Shown here in pieces: positions 60,137 to 64,000 of a stretch of 64,000 nucleotides of DNA. Position numbers and translations under genes: made by a program. The stretch comes from Vicinamibacteria bacterium (lineage in GTDB: Bacteria > Acidobacteriota > Vicinamibacteria > Vicinamibacterales > CAVVIG01). The notes under the pieces are model-generated. The model worked only from the letters and a program-made list of their open reading frames with translations, was not told where the DNA came from and did no database searches. The DNA lies in contig JBGPKK010000001.1 in the NCBI GenBank assembly GCA_041485905.1, positions 38,141 through 102,140 of the forward strand, written 5' to 3'. Numbering within the stretch: the stretch's first letter is position 1; the number at the start of each line of letters is the position of its first letter.

Positions 60137-61312
60137 ATGATCAACGCGACGAAAGCGCTGCAGTTGCCGACGACCATCACCGGATCGCTGCCCAGGCCCG
60201 TGTGGTACACCGAAAACCTCGGCATGCGGCCGTTCCGCGACGCGCTGGCCGACGCGCGTTTTCGCGAGCAGTACACCGATGCGGTCGGCACCTACATCCG
60301 CGACCAGGAGCGCGCGGGTCTCGACATCGTCACCGACGGAGACGCGCGGTTCGACACCGACGTCGGCGGCATGAGCTGGTTTCAATATCCCGCCCGGCGA
60401 TTCAAAGGACTCGCTGGCGGCGATTACTACCGCACCCGAAAGGGATACGGCGGGACCGCCAAGGGCGACATCATCTTCGAGGTGATGGAAAGCCGCGTGA
60501 TGCCTCGCTGTGTCGACAAGATCGAGCGCGGGCCGCTGCAGTACGCGTCTCTGTGGAAAGTTGCCCAGGGAATGACGGGGCGGCCGGTCAAATTCGGAAC
60601 CATCACGCCAGAGCTGATCGGCACCTCAGTCGGCAATGTTTACTACGCGACCCAGGAGCAGCTGCTGCGCGACATCAGCGCGGCGATGCGCGACGAGCTC
60701 CACGAGCTGGCCGGCGCCGGCTGCGCGATCGTTCAGATGGAAGAACCGAACATCCATCTGGTCGGTGTGCAACGAGGCGGCGGCGCACAGCTGGGCGTCG
60801 AGTTTTTTGTCGAGATCTTCAACAACACGGTGAAAGGATTGCGAGACCTCACCGAAGTCTGGTGTCACACCTGTTGGGGCAATCCGGCGCAACAGCGCCT
60901 GTTCGCGACCAATCAGTCGTACAAAGACGCGCTCCCCCATTTGAACAAGCTGGACGTCGACGTGCTGACGTTCGAGTGTGCCACCAGCGACGGCATGGAT
61001 CTCGAGGTGATCGGCAGGACGATCACCGACAAGAAAATCGCCATCGGCGTCGTCGATCACAGAAATCTCCAGGTCGAACGCCCCGAGCAGGTCGCCGATC
61101 TGATCCGGCGGGCGCTCAAATACATCCCGGCCGACCGCCTGATCCTGTCGAGCGACTGCGGTTTCGGCCGCGAGGGTATGAGTCGCCGTATCGCGTTCTA
61201 CAAGATGGTGGCGATCGTGCGCGGCACGAACATCGTGCGCAAGGAGCTCGGCCTGCCGGAAGCGCGATGCCTCGCCGCGGATCCACGCTACGCGCTGGCA
61301 GACGAGATGTAG
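60137..61312 (+). CDS. cobalamin-independent methionine-synthase-like (MetE C-terminal / UROD-fold) protein
   Basis: ORF track. TTITGSLPRP, DIVTDGD, IVQMEEP, HTCWGN and SSDCGFG fit the MetE-II family. Confidence 0.7.
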   Translation: MINATKALQLPTTITGSLPRPVWYTENLGMRPFRDALADARFREQYTDAVGTYIRDQERAGLDIVTDGDARFDTDVGGMSWFQYPARRFKGLAGGDYYRTRKGYGGTAKGDIIFEVMESRVMPRCVDKIERGPLQYASLWKVAQGMTGRPVKFGTITPELIGTSVGNVYYATQEQLLRDISAAMRDELHELAGAGCAIVQMEEPNIHLVGVQRGGGAQLGVEFFVEIFNNTVKGLRDLTEVWCHTCWGNPAQQRLFATNQSYKDALPHLNKLDVDVLTFECATSDGMDLEVIGRTITDKKIAIGVVDHRNLQVERPEQVADLIRRALKYIPADRLILSSDCGFGREGMSRRIAFYKMVAIVRGTNIVRKELGLPEARCLAADPRYALADEM

Positions 61313-61316
61313 GGGT

Positions 61317-62333
61317 TCAGCCGGACCGGCGCGGCAATTCGAACGCGTCGGCAAGCAGCTCGTACGATCGACGACGGGCGGCATGATCGTGAGTGATCGT
61401 TACGATCATGACCTCTTCGGCGCCGTATTCTTCCGCAAGCGCCTCGATCCCGGCGCGAACCGTTGCCGGCGACCCGACGATGCTCCGCCGCCGGCGGCCG
61501 AGCGCTTGAACACTCCCAGGATGTCCGGCCAGAAACTCCACCGCCGTCTCAACGGGCGGCACCGGAATGAGCGTGCCTTGCAGGAACAACGTGAAGGCCA
61601 TGCGGCTGCTCGACGCCAGCCGTTGCGCATCATCGTCGGTGTCGGCGCACAGCGCCGATGCGGCTGCAATCACCCGCGGCGCGCCATTCACGCCAGACGC
61701 CTCGAAGTGCTGCCGATAGTGGGCCGCGATGGCCGCTCCGGCTGGATTGATGAAGTCCGCGAAGGCATACGGCAGTCCCAATTCCGCCGCCCAGGCGCCG
61801 CTTTGCGGAGACGACCCAAGGAGCCAGACCTCAGGTCGCTCAGGGAGACCAGGCAGCGCGGCGAGCCGCGCGAACCGATGCTCAGGAGGCATTCGGTCCC
61901 AGACATACGCGAGGAGCTCGGCCAGCTGCTGCGGGAAATCGTCCGGCGCCGTGTGCCGGCGATCGCGCTGAAGCGCAAACGCCGTCAGCGGATCGCTGCC
62001 CGGCGCGCGGCCGACGGCGAGATCGATGCGGTCCGCGTAGAGCGCGCTCAACATGCTGAACGTCTCGGCGACCTTGAGCGGGCTGTAATGCGGGAGCATG
62101 ACGCCGCCGCTCCCGACGCGAATACGTCCGGTCGCCGCAGAAATCGCGGCGATGAGCACTTCAGGACTGGCACACGCCAGCATCGGCGTGGCGTGATGCT
62201 CGGCGACCCAGTACCGGTGATAGCCCACCTGCTCGGCCAGCTGCGCGAGGTCGATGGAGTTTTTCAGCGCCGCAGCGCCGGTTGAACCTTCCGCGATCGG
62301 CGATTGATCCAGGATGCTCAGTCGAAGAGACAT
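61317..62333 (-). CDS. LLM-class (luciferase-like) flavin-dependent oxidoreductase
   Basis: Start at MSLRLSILDQSP (Met30 of ORF 61317..62420). GYHRYWVAEHH, GSGGVMLPHYSPLKVAE. Confidence 0.8.
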   Translation of the reverse strand: MSLRLSILDQSPIAEGSTGAAALKNSIDLAQLAEQVGYHRYWVAEHHATPMLACASPEVLIAAISAATGRIRVGSGGVMLPHYSPLKVAETFSMLSALYADRIDLAVGRAPGSDPLTAFALQRDRRHTAPDDFPQQLAELLAYVWDRMPPEHRFARLAALPGLPERPEVWLLGSSPQSGAWAAELGLPYAFADFINPAGAAIAAHYRQHFEASGVNGAPRVIAAASALCADTDDDAQRLASSSRMAFTLFLQGTLIPVPPVETAVEFLAGHPGSVQALGRRRRSIVGSPATVRAGIEALAEEYGAEEVMIVTITHDHAARRRSYELLADAFELPRRSG

Positions 62334-62430
62334 CTTCACCGAGCGTACATCACCGACGCGCGGTTGATGCACAGCGAGTGCAACCCATTCGGGTGATGCG
62401 GGCGCTACGCGTGTCGGCAAGAATCAGCGG

Positions 62431-63315
62431 ATGCTGACTGAACTTTCGACACAAATGGCGGACGCGGTCGCGGCCATCGCGCCGTCTGTCGTGCAGGTAC
62501 ACGGCCGCCGCCGTCCCGCCAGCGGACTCGTCTACGGAGACGCCGTCGTCGTCACCACGATTCACGCATTGGGCCGCGAGGACGGCCTGCGGGTGCGCCG
62601 GCACGACGGTCAGGCGCTCGACGCAGAGCTGTCCGGATGGGATCCGACGACGAACCTCGCCGTCCTGCGCGTGGCGGGCCTCGACACCGCTCCGATCGCG
62701 GCGGCGACCGCCGCCGCCCGCGTCGGTCACCTGGCGCTCGCGGTCGCGCGCTCGTGGAGCAATGCAGTCACCGCCAGCGCCGGCATCGTGTCGGTCATCG
62801 GAGGTCCGCTGCCGACCGGCCGTCACCGCGCCATCGATCAGGTCATTCGCACGACCGCGCCGATGCACGAGGGATTCGCCGGAGGCGCGTTCGTCGACAC
62901 GGCGGGCGGATTACTCGGCATCGCCACGGCTGCCACGATTCGCGGTCTGGGCGTCATCATTCCCACGGCGATTGCGTGGAAGACCGTGGCGACGGTGCTC
63001 GAGCACGGCCGGATGAAACGCGGATACCTGGGCATCGCGGGGCAGCCTGTGACGCTGCCCGAGAGTCAACGTGTCCACGGGCGCGCGGACGCGCTGCTTG
63101 TCGTCGGCGTGACGGACGGCAGTCCAGCGGCCTCGGCCGGCCTGCTTGTCGGCGACGTGCTCGTCGCGCTCGACGGACAGCCACTCGAATCGCCGCAGGA
63201 TCTGATGGACCGATTGCTCGGCGCTCACATCGGCCGCCCAGTTTCGCTGCAGGTACTTCGCGGTGGTACGGCAATCGACGCCGCGGTGACGGTTGGGGAA
63301 CGGCCGACTCCATAG
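62431..63315 (+). CDS. HtrA/DegP-like trypsin-fold plus PDZ protein, apparently lacking the catalytic Ser and Asp
   Basis: ORF track. His region VVTTIHAL is present. NLAVLRV sits where DLAVL is expected, and GFAGGAF where GNSGGPL is expected. The PDZ is VVGVTDGSPAASAGLLVGDVLVALDGQPL. Confidence 0.75.
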   Translation: MLTELSTQMADAVAAIAPSVVQVHGRRRPASGLVYGDAVVVTTIHALGREDGLRVRRHDGQALDAELSGWDPTTNLAVLRVAGLDTAPIAAATAAARVGHLALAVARSWSNAVTASAGIVSVIGGPLPTGRHRAIDQVIRTTAPMHEGFAGGAFVDTAGGLLGIATAATIRGLGVIIPTAIAWKTVATVLEHGRMKRGYLGIAGQPVTLPESQRVHGRADALLVVGVTDGSPAASAGLLVGDVLVALDGQPLESPQDLMDRLLGAHIGRPVSLQVLRGGTAIDAAVTVGERPTP

Positions 63316-63336
63316 CGGACGTGGTATGTAGGTTCA

Positions 63337-63741
63337 ATGCGTGCGATCCTCGCTGGCTCTCCCCGCGACCGTGCACGGCTGCGATCTCAACTGGAGGGCA
63401 CGTTTATCGAGATCGTCGGCGAGGTCCTGTCTGCCGCCGACCGACGCCGATCGGACACGTCCTTCGACGTCATCATCATAGCGAGAGACCGATCGGGCGA
63501 CCGAGGCCCGAGTGAGGTCGTAGACGAGGATGAGCCGCCCGCCGAACCGTTGACGGCGCGCGAAACACAGGTGCTCGAGCTGATGGCCGAAGGGTTGCCG
63601 AATAAAGCGATCGCCGACGCGCTCGGGATCAGCGATCAGACCGTCAAGTTTCACGTGGCGTCGATCGCGGGAAAGCTGGGCGCCGCCAATCGGACCGATG
63701 CGGTCAGGCGGGCCGTGCGGCGTGGGCTAATTGCTCTGTAA
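63337..63741 (+). CDS. LuxR/FixJ-type HTH transcriptional regulator with a degenerate N-terminal domain
   Basis: ORF track. LTARETQVLELMAEGLPNKAIADALGISDQTVKFHVASI. Confidence 0.8.
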   Translation: MRAILAGSPRDRARLRSQLEGTFIEIVGEVLSAADRRRSDTSFDVIIIARDRSGDRGPSEVVDEDEPPAEPLTARETQVLELMAEGLPNKAIADALGISDQTVKFHVASIAGKLGAANRTDAVRRAVRRGLIAL

Positions 63742-64000
63742 TTCCGCGGGCAACACGGTCAGCCGTCGGCGCTGACCGGCGCGCAGGATCGTCAGCCCGC
63801 ACGGGACGTCGATGCGATCGGCCGTCAGGAAGCGGTGAAGATCGTCGACACCTGACACCGGATCATCGCCGAGCGCCAGGATCACGTCGCCTTCCCGCAC
63901 GCCGCCCGTCGCGGCGGGGCTGTCCCGTTCCACCGAGACGACGACCACGCCGGACGCGATCGCGAGCTGGTGCGCCCGCGCGAGCGCGCCAGGAATCAGC
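63727..64000 (-). CDS. C-terminal PDZ part of a protease-like protein (5' part beyond the window end)
   Basis: ORF 63727..63948 plus my upstream read to 64000 (...LIPGALARAHQLAIASGVVVVSVERDSPAATGGVREGDVILALGDDPV...). Open to the window edge. Confidence 0.6.
   Translation of the reverse strand, partial: LIPGALARAHQLAIASGVVVVSVERDSPAATGGVREGDVILALGDDPVSGVDDLHRFLTADRIDVPCGLTILRAGQRRRLTVLPAELQSN

Noticed and set aside
61317-62333. The LLM-family oxidoreductase as F420-dependent methylene-H4MPT reductase (Mer), which belongs to the same superfamily.
   Set aside because: The N-terminal motifs (LSILDQSP...GYHRYWVAEHH...MLPHYSPLKVAE) look like the common bacterial luciferase-like group-1 oxidoreductases. 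No F420 genes are nearby, and it is separated from the island.

Overview
High-G+C bacterial chromosomal window, almost fully coding. I call about 65 protein genes and found no rRNA, tRNA, CRISPR array, transposase or integrase. The gene content looks Acidobacteria-like (a TonB-dependent receptor with a carboxypeptidase-regulatory domain, DUF6152-like secreted proteins, many Tat/Sec-exported unknowns), but that is inference only.

The core is a tetrahydromethanopterin (H4MPT)/methanofuran (MFR)-linked C1-oxidation island in three blocks:
- 2218-23050: cofactor biosynthesis (mptG, DUF447, pabC-pabA-pabB, a DHPS-like pterin enzyme, PCD-like, SDR, methyltransferase, mfnB, a fused mfnF-mfnE, HisA/F-like, PTPS-like, CitG-like, RimK-type ligase), ending in mch.
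- 31827-37911: ftr/fhcD, fwdC, fwdA, fwdB, a small ORF, fwdD.
- 41741-45570: ATP-grasp, DUF1464, mtdB-like, fae.

The island is interleaved with periplasmic oxidoreductases: an IorAB-like Mo hydroxylase, a cytochrome-c/PQQ quinohemoprotein and a Tat-exported MDR alcohol dehydrogenase. A form-II-type coxS-L-M-D-E-G cluster follows it.

Main hunt results:
1. fwdB carries one in-frame TGA (36985-36987), exactly where FwdB and formate-dehydrogenase-type enzymes place the metal-ligating Cys/Sec followed by His (S-L-U-H-G-P). With fwdD and an N-terminal Cys cluster, this suggests a selenocysteine-containing, redox-active formyl-MFR dehydrogenase in a bacterium, not the non-redox Fhc hydrolase of methylotrophs.
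2. A family of short-period (mostly 7-nt) tandem arrays, often arranged as inverted arms, occurs at 11 or more sites. They sit at gene boundaries or as in-frame inserts inside genes. One inverted pair brackets a four-helix-bundle (23S rRNA IVS protein family) gene, while a matching pair 4 kb away is empty.
3. An A+T-richer insertion carrying a secreted nuclease splits coxD from coxE.

All functional calls come from my own reading of the supplied translations; no database search was run. CDS coordinates come from ORF-track arithmetic. Repeat coordinates are by eye and may be off by 1-2 nt.
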